From assembly GCA_037620855.1 (NCBI GenBank), contig JASJLK010000091.1, positions 13,589 to 77,588 of the forward strand: a DNA stretch of 64,000 bases, in the 5' to 3' direction. The notes beneath the pieces are model-generated. The model made no database searches, was not told the origin of the DNA, and saw only the letters and a program-made list of their open reading frames with translations. The position numbers were made by a program, and so were the translations under genes. Shown piece by piece: positions 18,789 through 29,280 of this stretch. Positions within the stretch are counted from its first letter, which is position 1. Every line of letters starts with the position of its first letter. Source of the DNA: Synechococcus sp. ChBW.bin.23 (lineage in GTDB: Bacteria; Cyanobacteriota; Cyanobacteriia; PCC-6307; Cyanobiaceae).

Positions 18789-20135
18789 GTGCCCAAGTGG
18801 AAAGTCCTTTTGGCTGTCGTTTCAATGGTGCTGGCCTGCAGCGTTTGGTTCGTCGGCTTGATGGACAGCCTCGGGCGACCCTCCGTGGCCCCCGCGTTGT
18901 CTTTGGAGCAGCAAGAGCTGGCGTTGATGGCTGACCCCGCGTTGGCGCCATCGCTCAAACCACTACTTGTTGGCCAAGATCCGGCAGAGAGCTTGCTAAA
19001 AACGCTGAGAGAAACCCCTCTCGATAGCCTCAGCGATCGTCAGGCACTCCTGTTTGCGTCTCTAGAAACCGATCCCGGTCGTCGCAACACCCTGTTGGAA
19101 ATTCCATTCCAGGCTCCTGAACTTCAGTTGTTACAGCAAGCCTTGGCGACCGCCTCAAGCTCTCATGTGTTTTCCTCTGAAAACCAAGACTTGTTGGCTG
19201 AAATCAGTCCTGATCCCTTAACCCGGCGTCTGGTCTGTCAAGCACTGGGAGGGGGCCAGGCTGATTGTGTGGAAAGGTCGGCAGCCAAGGCCGCGGCTCG
19301 ACGTCTTGTTCTGAGTGAGCTGATGCCGCTCGGAGCGTTGTTGTTGGGTTCTCTTCTGCTGGTTCGTCAGCTTTGGTTGCTTCTGCGCCGTAAGCAATCC
19401 TCCTGGCCTGAACTGCAAGCTCCTCCCCTTGGCTTGGTTGACATGGTTCTGCTGATCGCTGGCGGTTTTGTGGTGCTGGGCGAGGTGCTGGTCCCACTTC
19501 TAGTCACTCCTCTTTCAGCCTTGGTGGCTCGGAGCATTGCGGCGCCACTTAACCAGTCGGTGGCTGTGCTGATTGGCTACTGCGCTCTCGCGACGCCACC
19601 GTTGCTCATCCTCAAAAGCCAGCTTGATGGACTGGATCAACGCTTGGTCCCTGCAGGTGGTTGGCTGCAGTGGCGCGTGAGCCCATGGTGGACGGCACTG
19701 TTTCAGGGCGGTCGCGCCTGGTTGATGGTGATGCCGCCTGTGGTCTTAACCGGTTGGGTGATGAGTCGCGTCATCGGCGATCAGGGAGGCAGCAATCCAT
19801 TGCTGGAAATGGTTCTAAACGGCAGAGATCCGTTGGCTTTGTTACTGCTCGCCATCACAGCGGTTGTGCTTGCCCCGCTGTTTGAAGAAACAGTGTTCCG
19901 TGGGGTGTTGTTGCCCGTTTTAGGACGTTCATTGGGGCGGGGTTGGAGCGTCTTTGGCAGCGCCCTTGTGTTTGCGGTTGCTCACCTCAGCATTGGTGAG
20001 TTACTTCCTTTGTTGGTTCTTGGTTTGGGTTTGGCATTGCTGCGTTTGAGCAGTGGTCGACTCCTTCCTTGTGTGGTGATGCATGCTCTCTGGAACGGTG
20101 TCACCTTCCTAAATCTTGTCTTGCTGGGAAGTTGA
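18789..20135 (+). CDS. CPBP/Abi (CAAX-like) intramembrane metalloprotease
   Basis: EETVFRG, FAVAH, HALWN motifs with multiple TMs; GTG start at 18789 avoids overlap with the phosphatase gene. Confidence 0.85.
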   Translation: MPKWKVLLAVVSMVLACSVWFVGLMDSLGRPSVAPALSLEQQELALMADPALAPSLKPLLVGQDPAESLLKTLRETPLDSLSDRQALLFASLETDPGRRNTLLEIPFQAPELQLLQQALATASSSHVFSSENQDLLAEISPDPLTRRLVCQALGGGQADCVERSAAKAAARRLVLSELMPLGALLLGSLLLVRQLWLLLRRKQSSWPELQAPPLGLVDMVLLIAGGFVVLGEVLVPLLVTPLSALVARSIAAPLNQSVAVLIGYCALATPPLLILKSQLDGLDQRLVPAGGWLQWRVSPWWTALFQGGRAWLMVMPPVVLTGWVMSRVIGDQGGSNPLLEMVLNGRDPLALLLLAITAVVLAPLFEETVFRGVLLPVLGRSLGRGWSVFGSALVFAVAHLSIGELLPLLVLGLGLALLRLSSGRLLPCVVMHALWNGVTFLNLVLLGS

Positions 20136-20204
20136 GTTGATTCCCCTGATGCTGTAAGACATTTCAGCCTTGCGGGCGGACCATACGGGTGGTTCACTAG
20201 CGCA

Positions 20205-20678
20205 TTGCCCTGTTCGTTCAACGTGGTCGCGGTTCCCCAAACTCAACCTGCCCCACAGGAACACGCATCTGCCACTGGTGCCTTTGAGCTCATTCAGGGG
20301 TCACTGTCCGCTAAGCGTGTTGCACGCCGCTCTCCCCTGCTTGCTGGTCTTCATCGTGCGGCCGATGGCAGTTTGATTGGAGTGTTCACAGCTGTTCTGG
20401 CTCTCAGTGGACTTACGCTTCACTGGCAATACCGCTGGACGGTTGCTTTTGAACGCTTGGAGGACACCCGAGGCGTTGGACACCGACTGACGGAGTCCAC
20501 AGCGATGCTTGAGCGTTATCTCCTTGATCGAACCCAGACTCCCAAGTCGATGGTTCCCACGACCGCTGAAAAATTGGTATACCTCGAACGTCCCAATGAG
20601 GAGGAGTCCGGAGGATCCCACGATCATCTGGCTTTCATTGGCTCCTTGATGGATGGTTCAATTCATCACGGGTATTAA
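20205..20678 (+). CDS. Single-TM coiled-coil protein, FtsL-like by architecture and position
   Basis: Basic N-region, one TM helix, heptad region, MVPTTAEKLVYL; directly upstream of ftsI. Confidence 0.6.
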   Translation: MPCSFNVVAVPQTQPAPQEHASATGAFELIQGSLSAKRVARRSPLLAGLHRAADGSLIGVFTAVLALSGLTLHWQYRWTVAFERLEDTRGVGHRLTESTAMLERYLLDRTQTPKSMVPTTAEKLVYLERPNEEESGGSHDHLAFIGSLMDGSIHHGY

Positions 20679-20682
20679 ACAG

Positions 20683-22494
20683 ATGCCAGCCAACCGGCAA
20701 GGCTCGACCCCTAAGGCGCGTCGCGAACGACGAAGGGTCATTCGTCTTGAGCCGGTGCCCGCCGGTCGCATGAAAGTGGTCTTTGTGCTGCTGTGTGCAG
20801 GTTTACTTGGTTTGCTCGGGCGTATGGCCTGGTTACAGATTGTTCAAGCCTCCGAGTTGGAGGCGCGGGCCCGTGTGGTGCAAACCCAACGCACCAAGCC
20901 CCTGGGCAGCCGCCGGCCGATTGTGGACCGCAACGGCAGGCTTGTGGCCTTAGACGAGGAGCGTTATCGACTTTGGGCCCATCCTCGTTACTTCAACTTT
21001 CCTGGCGACGAGCCGACGCTCATTCGTGACCGTAAAGAAGTTGCTGCACGCCTCTCCACCGTGTTGGCCCTTTCGACTGGCGAGCTCAACAAAAGGATGG
21101 GAGACAGCGCGTCTGGCATCAAGTTGGCTGAGGGCGTTGACCCTGAAACGGCAACAACAGTTCGTTCCCTTGGAATCAGCGGCATCGATCTCGAGCCCTA
21201 TCCCTACCGCGTCTATCCGCAGGGCTCTCTCTTTGCCAATGTCGTTGGTTTCCTCAATCAAGAGCGTCAGCCCCAGGCGGGGCTGGAACAGAGTCGTGAT
21301 GATGACCTGCAGCGTCACGAACAGGCCAGGAGTCTTCGTCGCGGAGCAGACGGAACCCCGTTGCCAGACAACCTCGCGCCGGGCGTGTTTTTCGGGGATG
21401 ACCTGAGATTGCAGCTCACCTTGGATGCCCGCTTGCAGGAGCTGGCTGCTAAGGCCTTGTCGGCACAGGTCAAGACCTGGAAAGCCAAAAAGGGAGTGGC
21501 GATCGTGATGGATGTCACCAATGGTGAATTAATGGCGCTGGCCTCAACGCCGACGTACGACGCGAATCGATATTGGGATTTCAATCCAGAGCGTTTTCGC
21601 GAATGGTCTGTTCAAGACCTCTACGAACCAGGATCGACCTTTAAACCGATCAATTTGGCTATAGCGCTTCAAGAAGGTGTGATCCAACCCAACGGGACGG
21701 TTTACGACAGTGGGGCCCTCACAATTGGTGGCTGGCCGATTCGTAACCACGACCGCAAGGGCAATGGCGTAGTGGATTTCGCAACCGTGCTTCAGGTGTC
21801 AAGCAATGTCGGCATGGTGCAGGTGATGCGCAAAATGCGTCCTTCTAATTATTGGGACTGGTTAAGTCGGCTTGGGCTCGATGCGAAGCCGGACACAGAC
21901 CTTCCAGGTGCGGTAGCGGGCCAGTTGAAGACCAAGGAACAATTCACGACGCAGCCTATCGAGCCAGCAACAGCAGCATTCGGTCAAGGCTTCTCGCTGA
22001 CACCTCTCAAGCTTGTTCAATTGCATGCACTGATCGCCAATGGCGGGAGGCTTGTAAGTCCTCACATCACCCGTGGTTTACGGGCTGGCCATGCACTGGC
22101 TCCGAGTGGAGAGCGCATGGGGCAACCTTTGCTCCGCCCAGAGGTCACGCGCACGGTCTTGAACTGGATGGAATCTGTGGTGGAAAAAGGCAGTGGTAAG
22201 GGGGTGCGCACTCCTGGTTATCGCATTGGTGGCAAAACAGGCACGGCACAGAAGGCAGTGAATGGTATGTATGTCCCTGGGGCTTTGATTTGCAGTTTTG
22301 TTGCAACGCTTCCGATCGAGGATCCTCGTTATGTCGTGCTGGTGGTGGTTGATGAACCACAAGGGGCCCACGCCTATGGCTCAACTGTGGCTTTGCCTGT
22401 GGCTAAGTCCATCATTGATGGGCTTCTGGTGATTGAAAAAATCCCACCAAGTGGTCGGGTTAAATCTGAACAAACGGACACAGCTCTCCCTTGA
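20683..22494 (+). CDS. ftsI: Class B penicillin-binding protein (FtsI/PBP3)
   Basis: RRPIVDRNG, EPGSTFK (SxxK), SSN (SxN), GGKTGTAQK (KTG). Confidence 0.9.
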   Translation: MPANRQGSTPKARRERRRVIRLEPVPAGRMKVVFVLLCAGLLGLLGRMAWLQIVQASELEARARVVQTQRTKPLGSRRPIVDRNGRLVALDEERYRLWAHPRYFNFPGDEPTLIRDRKEVAARLSTVLALSTGELNKRMGDSASGIKLAEGVDPETATTVRSLGISGIDLEPYPYRVYPQGSLFANVVGFLNQERQPQAGLEQSRDDDLQRHEQARSLRRGADGTPLPDNLAPGVFFGDDLRLQLTLDARLQELAAKALSAQVKTWKAKKGVAIVMDVTNGELMALASTPTYDANRYWDFNPERFREWSVQDLYEPGSTFKPINLAIALQEGVIQPNGTVYDSGALTIGGWPIRNHDRKGNGVVDFATVLQVSSNVGMVQVMRKMRPSNYWDWLSRLGLDAKPDTDLPGAVAGQLKTKEQFTTQPIEPATAAFGQGFSLTPLKLVQLHALIANGGRLVSPHITRGLRAGHALAPSGERMGQPLLRPEVTRTVLNWMESVVEKGSGKGVRTPGYRIGGKTGTAQKAVNGMYVPGALICSFVATLPIEDPRYVVLVVVDEPQGAHAYGSTVALPVAKSIIDGLLVIEKIPPSGRVKSEQTDTALP

Positions 22495-22547
22495 GCTGTC
22501 AGTTTGCAAATCGTCGCTACGTTGAATTCATTGAGTTTTAGTGCGCT

Positions 22548-23720
22548 ATGACCACCCTCCTTGAGCAGCTTTCCGCCATGACCGTGGTGGTGGCCGATAC
22601 GGGTGATCTCGAAGCGATCAGGCGTTTCACTCCTCGTGATGCGACCACCAATCCCTCCCTGATCCTTGCTGCAGCTCAGATTCCTGCTTACGAGAATCTC
22701 ATCGATGAAGCCTTGCGTTCGTCACGCCGGCTTCTAGGAGAGAGCGCTCCGGTGGAGCAAGTGGTGCATGAAGCGCTCGATGAAATCAGCGTGATATTCG
22801 GAAAGGAAATTCTGAAGATTGTTCCTGGCCGAGTTTCAACGGAGGTTGATGCCCGCCTCAGTTACGACACCGAGGCCACCATTGAAAAAGGTCGGAAACT
22901 TATCCGCCTCTACAACGACTCGGGAATCAGTAATGACCGTGTATTGATCAAAATTGCCTCCACGTGGGAAGGAATCAAAGCGGCAGAAGTTCTTGAGAAG
23001 GATGGAATTCATTGCAACCTCACGCTGCTGTTTGGCTTCTCTCAGGCTGTGGCCTGCGCCGAAGCAAGCGTCACGTTAATTTCGCCATTTGTTGGTCGCA
23101 TTCTCGATTGGTTCAAGGCCGACACAGGTCGCGATTCCTATCCAGGTCCAGAAGATCCTGGTGTGATTTCAGTGACCAGCATCTTCAACTACTTCAAGAC
23201 ATATGGCTACAAAACCGAAATCATGGGGGCCAGCTTCCGCAATCTTGATGAAATCACTGAGCTTGCAGGTTGTGATCTATTGACCATTTCCCCGAAATTG
23301 TTGGATCAATTGCGTAGTAGTGATACTTTGCTGATCCGCAAGTTAGATCCTGCAAATCTTGCCCCTGTTGCAGAGCAAATGAATGTGGACCAGGAGCGCT
23401 TCGTCTCCATGATGGCTGAGGACCGAATGTCTACCGACAAGCTCAGTGAAGGCATCAAAGGTTTCAGCAAAGCGATCGAAACTCTTGAGCAGCAGCTTGC
23501 TCATCGTTTGGCCCAGATCGAGGGTGGCGCCGCGTTCAGCCATGCTGTACAAGAGATTTTCTTATTGAATGATTTCAATGGTGATGGCTGCATCACCCGC
23601 GATGAATGGTTGGGAAGTGATGCGGTCTTTGATGCCTTGGATCAGGATCATGACGGTCGTTTGACACCAGACGATGTGCGCTTGGGTTTCGGTGGCGCTT
23701 TGTCTTTGACCGCCTTTTGA
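22548..23720 (+). CDS. tal: Transaldolase with C-terminal EF-hand pair
   Basis: [26 protein letters not shown]; EF loops [12 protein letters not shown] and [12 protein letters not shown]. Confidence 0.95.
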   Translation: MTTLLEQLSAMTVVVADTGDLEAIRRFTPRDATTNPSLILAAAQIPAYENLIDEALRSSRRLLGESAPVEQVVHEALDEISVIFGKEILKIVPGRVSTEVDARLSYDTEATIEKGRKLIRLYNDSGISNDRVLIKIASTWEGIKAAEVLEKDGIHCNLTLLFGFSQAVACAEASVTLISPFVGRILDWFKADTGRDSYPGPEDPGVISVTSIFNYFKTYGYKTEIMGASFRNLDEITELAGCDLLTISPKLLDQLRSSDTLLIRKLDPANLAPVAEQMNVDQERFVSMMAEDRMSTDKLSEGIKGFSKAIETLEQQLAHRLAQIEGGAAFSHAVQEIFLLNDFNGDGCITRDEWLGSDAVFDALDQDHDGRLTPDDVRLGFGGALSLTAF

Positions 23721-23857
23721 TCGAGCTGGTTTAAGGCTTCCGACATCAAGCACGCCCTCGCTCTATGAAGTGATGGTGTGTCATTTCAGCGGCTTGCAAC
23801 AGAGGTGCACTGAGTCCATCTTCAATCGTTAGGGTCATTCCCTGGAGATTTGGGGGG

Positions 23858-25390
23858 TTGGCTGCAATGGCGCTCCAGCTTGTCTGGTTCAAGCGAGACC
23901 TTCGGGTGACGGATCACCAGCCTCTGCAGCAGGCCTTGCTTAGGGGGCCAGTGCTGCCTCTTTATGTCGTTGAGCCCGAGTTGTGGCGGCAGCAAGATGC
24001 TTCCGAGCGGCAGTGGTTGTTTTGCCGAGAGTCTTTGCTGGATTTGCGTCTCGCTCTGGCTGAGCTAGGCCAACCGCTGCTGGTGCGCAGTGGTGATGTC
24101 TTGGACATTTTTGATCGTGCCCATCGTCAATTTGGTCTTGATGGGCTCTGGAGCCATGAAGAAACCGGAAATGGTTGGACGTATCAGCGTGACCAACGCG
24201 TAGCTCTCTGGTGCCGGCAGAACGGCATCGCTTGGAAGGAGATTCCCCAATTTGGCGTGATCCGCCGTCTACGTTCCCGCAATCGTTGGGCCAAACGCTG
24301 GGAGGCGCAGATGGCTGAGCTGATCACCCCTTCCCCTTTAGGACTGCCATCGATCGAGGGGATCGAGGGGATCGAGGCCGGCATCATTCCTGATCGCCCC
24401 CATCAGGAGATGGCATCCGATCCATGCCCGCATCGCCAAAGCGGTGGTCGTTCGATGGCATTGCTGGAACTGGACGATTTCCTCGAACATCGCGCGTCCG
24501 GATATGCCCGCTCCATCTCCAGTCCCAACACAGCGTTTACCGGCTGCTCTCGTCTCTCTTCTTATCTCACTTGGGGGTGTCTCTCGATGCGAGAGGTCAT
24601 CCAAACAAGCCGTGGCTTCAGTGGTCGTGGGATTAGCAGTTTTGAGTCACGCCTGCATTGGCATTGCCACTTCATCCAAAAGCTTGAAGCGCAGCCAGCG
24701 ATTGAGTTCGAAGATTTTCATCCGTTCATGCGCGGGTTGCGCTGTGCGAATAATGAGCGACTCGCTGCCTGGGCGGACGGACGCACTGGAGTTCCTTTCG
24801 TGGATGCCTGCATGCGCGCATTGCGGGCCCATGGTTGGATCAACTTCAGAATGCGAGCGATGTTGATGTCGTTTGCCAGCTATCACCTTTGGTTGCCATG
24901 GCGGGATAGCGGACTTCATCTAGCGCGACAGTTTGTGGACTACGAGCCCGGGATCCACTGGAGCCAGTGCCAAATGCAGTCAGGCAGCACAGCCATCAAT
25001 ACCGTGAGGGTCTACAACCCGATCAAGCAGGGGCAAGACCATGACTTGAAGGGCGAATTCATTCGCACTTGGCTTCCTGAACTTCACCTGGTTCCCGATG
25101 TCTACGTGCATGAGCCTTGGAAGTTGTCGATGGCTGCGCAACGACAAGCAGGGCTCCAGCTTGGAGCGGACTATCCCCTGCCCATCGTTGAACCTGCGCT
25201 TGCGGCTCGGGAGGCGAAGCAGAGGATTTGGGCGATCAGGGAGCGCTCTGGATTTTCTGCTATTGCTGATGGAATTCAGCAGCGCCATGGGTCGAGACGT
25301 TCAGGCTTAGCGCCCACGGGTCAAGGTCGCCGCCGTCGACGGCGAAACCCTGCGCCTGATGATTCCCAACAGCTCACTCTTGATCTTTAA
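23858..25390 (+). CDS. DNA photolyase/cryptochrome family flavoprotein
   Basis: WFKRDLR, SRLSSYL, RLHWHCHFIQK, TGVPFVDACMR, GWINFRMR, RVYNP; subclass not resolved. Confidence 0.9.
   Translation: MAAMALQLVWFKRDLRVTDHQPLQQALLRGPVLPLYVVEPELWRQQDASERQWLFCRESLLDLRLALAELGQPLLVRSGDVLDIFDRAHRQFGLDGLWSHEETGNGWTYQRDQRVALWCRQNGIAWKEIPQFGVIRRLRSRNRWAKRWEAQMAELITPSPLGLPSIEGIEGIEAGIIPDRPHQEMASDPCPHRQSGGRSMALLELDDFLEHRASGYARSISSPNTAFTGCSRLSSYLTWGCLSMREVIQTSRGFSGRGISSFESRLHWHCHFIQKLEAQPAIEFEDFHPFMRGLRCANNERLAAWADGRTGVPFVDACMRALRAHGWINFRMRAMLMSFASYHLWLPWRDSGLHLARQFVDYEPGIHWSQCQMQSGSTAINTVRVYNPIKQGQDHDLKGEFIRTWLPELHLVPDVYVHEPWKLSMAAQRQAGLQLGADYPLPIVEPALAAREAKQRIWAIRERSGFSAIADGIQQRHGSRRSGLAPTGQGRRRRRRNPAPDDSQQLTLDL
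24352..24377 (+). repeat. 9-bp tandem repeat (GATCGAGGG x ~2.9) inside the photolyase gene
   Basis: gatcgaggg gatcgaggg gatcgagg, encoding IEG-IEG-IEA in frame. Confidence 0.9.
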
Positions 25391-26517
25391 CCCCTTTGCA
25401 GCATTAAGCGGCGGATTACCCTCTGTGCGATGTCCCCGTATCCCATTTCACCAGAGAGAATTTGGGCAATGCGCTGCGGCGCAGTGGGACGTTTGATTCC
25501 GAGTTGATACCCCACATTTGGAAAGCGATAAAACACCTGGGCAATGCGACGCCCCCAAGCCATCGAATCGCCCCAGCGTTCGCGCATCCGTTTTGAGTAG
25601 TTGGAAAGGTCAGGCTGAGTCCCGTTCAGCCAAGAATCGAGACTTGCCGCTGCTTCACAGCCGCTCATCAGCGATGGCCTGAGGCCTTCGGCAAGAAAGG
25701 GGTCGCAGAGCGACGCGGCATCACCTACTGCCACCACGCCTTTGCCGTGGAGGGGTGAGTGGCCATTCCAAACTCTTAAATCCGCGTTTTGTCGCAGCCC
25801 GTCTGTGGAGGAAAACCCTAAATCCGGTAGGAGTTGTTCGAGCACGGCTTCCGCATCACTGGCCCGACGTCCAATAAACGTGCCCACTCCCACATTGATG
25901 CCGTTTGCTAGTGGAAACGCCCAGGCGAATCCATGGTGGACGAGCCCAAATTCAAACCTGGCTGTGCCAGGTTGCAATCTTCCCATTCCTTCGAGGCGAA
26001 CAGAAAGCGTCTTGGCCATGTGGAGAGATCGAGGGCCGATCCCCAAGCGTGTTGGCCAGGGAGAACCTGAGCCATCAGCCAGAACGACGGCTCTGGCCTC
26101 GATCACCTCCCCGTCCGTGCTGCATACAAGCCAATGGCTTTCATCCTGCTGAAGGTCCGCGACCTCGAAGGGCCGCCGCAGCTCTGCCCCTAAAGCGATC
26201 GATTGCTCCAGCAAGAGTGCGTCGAGCCGCTCACGCTTGACGATCCAGAAGGGTGCAGAGCCTGGAAGCTCAGCGACCACAGGATCAGTGAGACACCAGC
26301 TGAAATCCACCTGTTTGATGATGTCATCAACGGCTGGTTGTAAGTCGAAGGGGAACCACTTCTGAACGGAGGCCGCCATCCCACCAGCGCATGGTTTCAC
26401 CCGCTCTGATCGGTTGCGTTCCAGGACGGTGACGCGATGACCCAATCGGGTGAGATGGAAGGCTGCGCTTGAGCCGGCTGCACCGGCACCGATGACAGCA
26501 ACGTCAGTGGTGCTCAA
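25387..26517 (-). CDS. Geranylgeranyl-reductase-family FAD-dependent oxidoreductase
   Basis: GAGAAG, KPCAGG, FAWAFP, VGDAA...EG motifs; substrate unknown. Confidence 0.8.
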   Translation of the reverse strand: MSTTDVAVIGAGAAGSSAAFHLTRLGHRVTVLERNRSERVKPCAGGMAASVQKWFPFDLQPAVDDIIKQVDFSWCLTDPVVAELPGSAPFWIVKRERLDALLLEQSIALGAELRRPFEVADLQQDESHWLVCSTDGEVIEARAVVLADGSGSPWPTRLGIGPRSLHMAKTLSVRLEGMGRLQPGTARFEFGLVHHGFAWAFPLANGINVGVGTFIGRRASDAEAVLEQLLPDLGFSSTDGLRQNADLRVWNGHSPLHGKGVVAVGDAASLCDPFLAEGLRPSLMSGCEAAASLDSWLNGTQPDLSNYSKRMRERWGDSMAWGRRIAQVFYRFPNVGYQLGIKRPTAPQRIAQILSGEMGYGDIAQRVIRRLMLQRG

Positions 26518-27062
26518 ACCTTGAGGATTTCAACCTCTTTATTCGCTAGATGTTTTTCAAGTTCTGAGATGAAACGATCGGTTGTTTTCTGAATTTGATC
26601 TTGTTCATCTCGGCTTTGATCCTCTGAAAGATCACCCTCCTTCTCATGTTTCTTAATTTTGTCGATGGCGTCACGACGCACGCTGCGCAAGGCCACCTTG
26701 CCCTCTTCTGAAATCTTTGCGGCAAGTTTGCAGAACTCTTTTCGGCGTTCTTCAGTGAGTGGTGGCACATTGATGCGAATGACCTTGCCGTCGTTGTTGG
26801 GAGTGAATCCCAAGTCACTGGTGGCGATTGCTTTTTCGATCAGCGCCAGGGATCCCATGTCGAAGGGTTGAACAGCAATCGTTTGCGAATCAGGAGTGGA
26901 GAGACTCGCGAGTGATTTCAGCGGAGTGTCAGCGCCGTAGTACTCAACATTGATTCGATCCAATAACGAGGGATTGGCTCGTCCCGTCCGGATGGTGTTG
27001 AAGTTGCGCTGGGTGGCTTCCACCGACTTGCGCATGTTGGCTTCGAGATCGGAGTTCGACAT
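26514..27062 (-). CDS. frr: Ribosome recycling factor
   Basis: [23 protein letters not shown]. Confidence 0.97.
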   Translation of the reverse strand: MSNSDLEANMRKSVEATQRNFNTIRTGRANPSLLDRINVEYYGADTPLKSLASLSTPDSQTIAVQPFDMGSLALIEKAIATSDLGFTPNNDGKVIRINVPPLTEERRKEFCKLAAKISEEGKVALRSVRRDAIDKIKKHEKEGDLSEDQSRDEQDQIQKTTDRFISELEKHLANKEVEILKV

Positions 27063-27070
27063 GACGATGA

Positions 27071-27778
27071 CTAGTTGCTGATACGTGAACCGATGGGCTC
27101 ACCGGCCACGGCCCTGCCGATGTTGCCAGGTTCAAACAAATTGAAAACAACAATCGGGATGTTGTTGTCTTTGCAAAGCGCGATGGCAGTGCTGTCCATC
27201 ACGGCGAGTTCTCCGCTGAGCACCTGTTGGAAGGTCAAGGAGTCGTACCTGACGGCATCAGGGAATTGATGCGGATCTTTGTCATAGACACCGTCGACTT
27301 TGGTGGCTTTGAACACCACATCAGCGCTTATTTCGGCTGCGCGTAAAGCAGCCGTGGTGTCGGTAGTGAAGAACGGATTTCCACAACCTGCTCCAAACAC
27401 GACCACCCTTCCTTTTTCTAAGTGTCGCATCGCGCGTCTGCGGATGTAAGGCTCAGCCACTTCTTGCATTTCAATTGCGGTCTGTACTCGGGTGGCAATG
27501 CCGGCTCGCTCCAATCCGTCCTGAAGGGTGATGGCATTCATCACGGTAGCGAGCATGCCGACGTAGTCCGCGGTGGCACGATCCATTCCTGCGGCTGAAC
27601 CTTTTAACCCTCTGAAAATGTTTCCGCCGCCGACGACGATCGCCAACTGCGTGCCAGTGGCAACAACTTTGGCAACATCTGTGGCGATGGCCTGAACAAT
27701 TTCTGGATCAATTCCGTAGCCCTGATTGCCCATCAGCGCTTCACCGCTGATCTTCAGGAGGGCACGCGCGTAGGCCAT
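27071..27778 (-). CDS. pyrH: Uridylate kinase
   Basis: [30 protein letters not shown]; pyrH-frr synteny. Confidence 0.97.
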   Translation of the reverse strand: MAYARALLKISGEALMGNQGYGIDPEIVQAIATDVAKVVATGTQLAIVVGGGNIFRGLKGSAAGMDRATADYVGMLATVMNAITLQDGLERAGIATRVQTAIEMQEVAEPYIRRRAMRHLEKGRVVVFGAGCGNPFFTTDTTAALRAAEISADVVFKATKVDGVYDKDPHQFPDAVRYDSLTFQQVLSGELAVMDSTAIALCKDNNIPIVVFNLFEPGNIGRAVAGEPIGSRISN

Positions 27779-27872
27779 TCAATATCCTTATCTTTACGAC
27801 ACTAGCAAGGCTGTTCTTAAGAGTTTGAGAAAGCTGACGCGCTTCTGATGAAGCCCTGTTGTATGGGTGCGA

Positions 27873-27914
27873 AAGGCATCTCGATCGATGTGGAGGCAGC
27901 GATCGAGATGCCTT
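27873..27914 (-). terminator. Hairpin immediately after the cobO stop
   Basis: Perfect 15-bp inverted repeat aaggcatctcgatcg / cgatcgagatgcctt with a 12-nt loop; only a short U-run on the minus strand. Confidence 0.65.
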
Positions 27915-28618
27915 CAGAACTCAATTCCTTGTTGTGCTTTGACGCCTTGTTCCCGGAAGGGGTGCTTGACGAGAGACATTTCTGTGACCAAATCAGCTCT
28001 TTGGATCAGACCTTCCGGAGCTCCCCTGCCGGTGAGGGCGACGTGTGTGAGCTCAGGCCGCTCATCAAGGCCCTGCAGAACTTGATCCAGTTCGAGATAG
28101 CCAAGTTTTAACGCCACATTCACTTCGTCCAGCACGACAAGTTTTTGTTTGGGGTCTCTCAGGTAAGAGAGCGAGATGTCCCAAGCCGCTTGCACCAGCT
28201 GACGATCACGCTCACGATCTTGGGTTTCCCAGGTGAAACCTTCTCCGAGTGCATGCCAACTCAGGGCGTCTCCAAAGGCTTTCAGTGCTTTGGCTTCTCC
28301 AGGCTCCCAGCCTCCTTTGATGAATTGGACCACGGCAACATCGTGTCCGTGCCCCAGGGTCCGTAAGGCCAAGCCAAGAGACGCAGTGGTCTTTCCCTTG
28401 CCGTGGCCGGTGAAGACCAAGACCAATCCTTTTTCAACACTTCTCTCTGAGACACGTTGTCGCTGAACGTCTTGACGGCGTGCCATGCGCTTTCGGTAAG
28501 CATCGGCGTCTTTCTCTGGGGCTAAATCGCCTCCCATGCCAAGGGATTCGGCCGATTGGTCCAAGGATGATGGGTCCACAGGCAATGGCTTTACGGCTGA
28601 CGTTTGATCCGAGCTCAT
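27914..28618 (-). CDS. cobO: Cob(I)yrinic acid a,c-diamide adenosyltransferase
   Basis: TGHGKGKTT, VQFIKG, GEGFTW, LDEVN, LTGR. Confidence 0.95.
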   Translation of the reverse strand: MSSDQTSAVKPLPVDPSSLDQSAESLGMGGDLAPEKDADAYRKRMARRQDVQRQRVSERSVEKGLVLVFTGHGKGKTTASLGLALRTLGHGHDVAVVQFIKGGWEPGEAKALKAFGDALSWHALGEGFTWETQDRERDRQLVQAAWDISLSYLRDPKQKLVVLDEVNVALKLGYLELDQVLQGLDERPELTHVALTGRGAPEGLIQRADLVTEMSLVKHPFREQGVKAQQGIEF

Positions 28619-29280
28619 GGCATCTTCCCAGTTGCCTCCAGCATGCCGCTGGAGGGGCAGCGCGCTGTGATGCGCTGGAGAGCAGCCCCGGCCAGAAGAG
28701 ACTGCTTAACAGTGGTGAAGCCGATCTCCTGCAATTGCTTGGGGATGTTGTCTTCAAGCAAAGCAATCGCAGTTTCTGTCTCAAACAAAGCACAGAACAG
28801 TTGTTGGGGGAGTTGCAGGAGAGGATCAGCAGGGTGGAGATCAACAACAACAAGCCAGCCGCCTGGTCTCAGCAATTTCAAACAGGACAACAACACTTGA
28901 TGCCGCTCGGCTCGAGGAAATTCATGCAGGGCAAGGCTGATTTGAATGGCATCAAAGCTGGCTGGCGCGCAGGGCGGATCTTCTGCCAGACACTCAATGA
29001 GGGTGAGGAGTGGATGACGTGTTGCGGCGAGTTCCAGAACCTTGGGTGATACATCGAGACCGGTGACTTGAAACCCTGCTTCGATCCATGGCGCTGCCGC
29101 TTCTCCTGAACCGCAGCAAAGATCGAGTACCTTGGCGCCGCTTGGCAGCACTGGAGCTAGCGCTGAGAGCCCAAGGCTGCGCAGTTGATCGACACCTCCA
29201 ACACTCAGTGCAGAGATCGCGGTGACGGTGTCATAAATCCAACGATGGCGGTAGGCCAATTGGCGAAGAGGTGATGTCAT
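28615..29280 (-). CDS. Class I SAM-dependent methyltransferase (UbiE-like)
   Basis: VLDLCCGSG motif I, GLDVS, LALHE, LRPGG. Confidence 0.88.
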   Translation of the reverse strand: MTSPLRQLAYRHRWIYDTVTAISALSVGGVDQLRSLGLSALAPVLPSGAKVLDLCCGSGEAAAPWIEAGFQVTGLDVSPKVLELAATRHPLLTLIECLAEDPPCAPASFDAIQISLALHEFPRAERHQVLLSCLKLLRPGGWLVVVDLHPADPLLQLPQQLFCALFETETAIALLEDNIPKQLQEIGFTTVKQSLLAGAALQRITARCPSSGMLEATGKMP

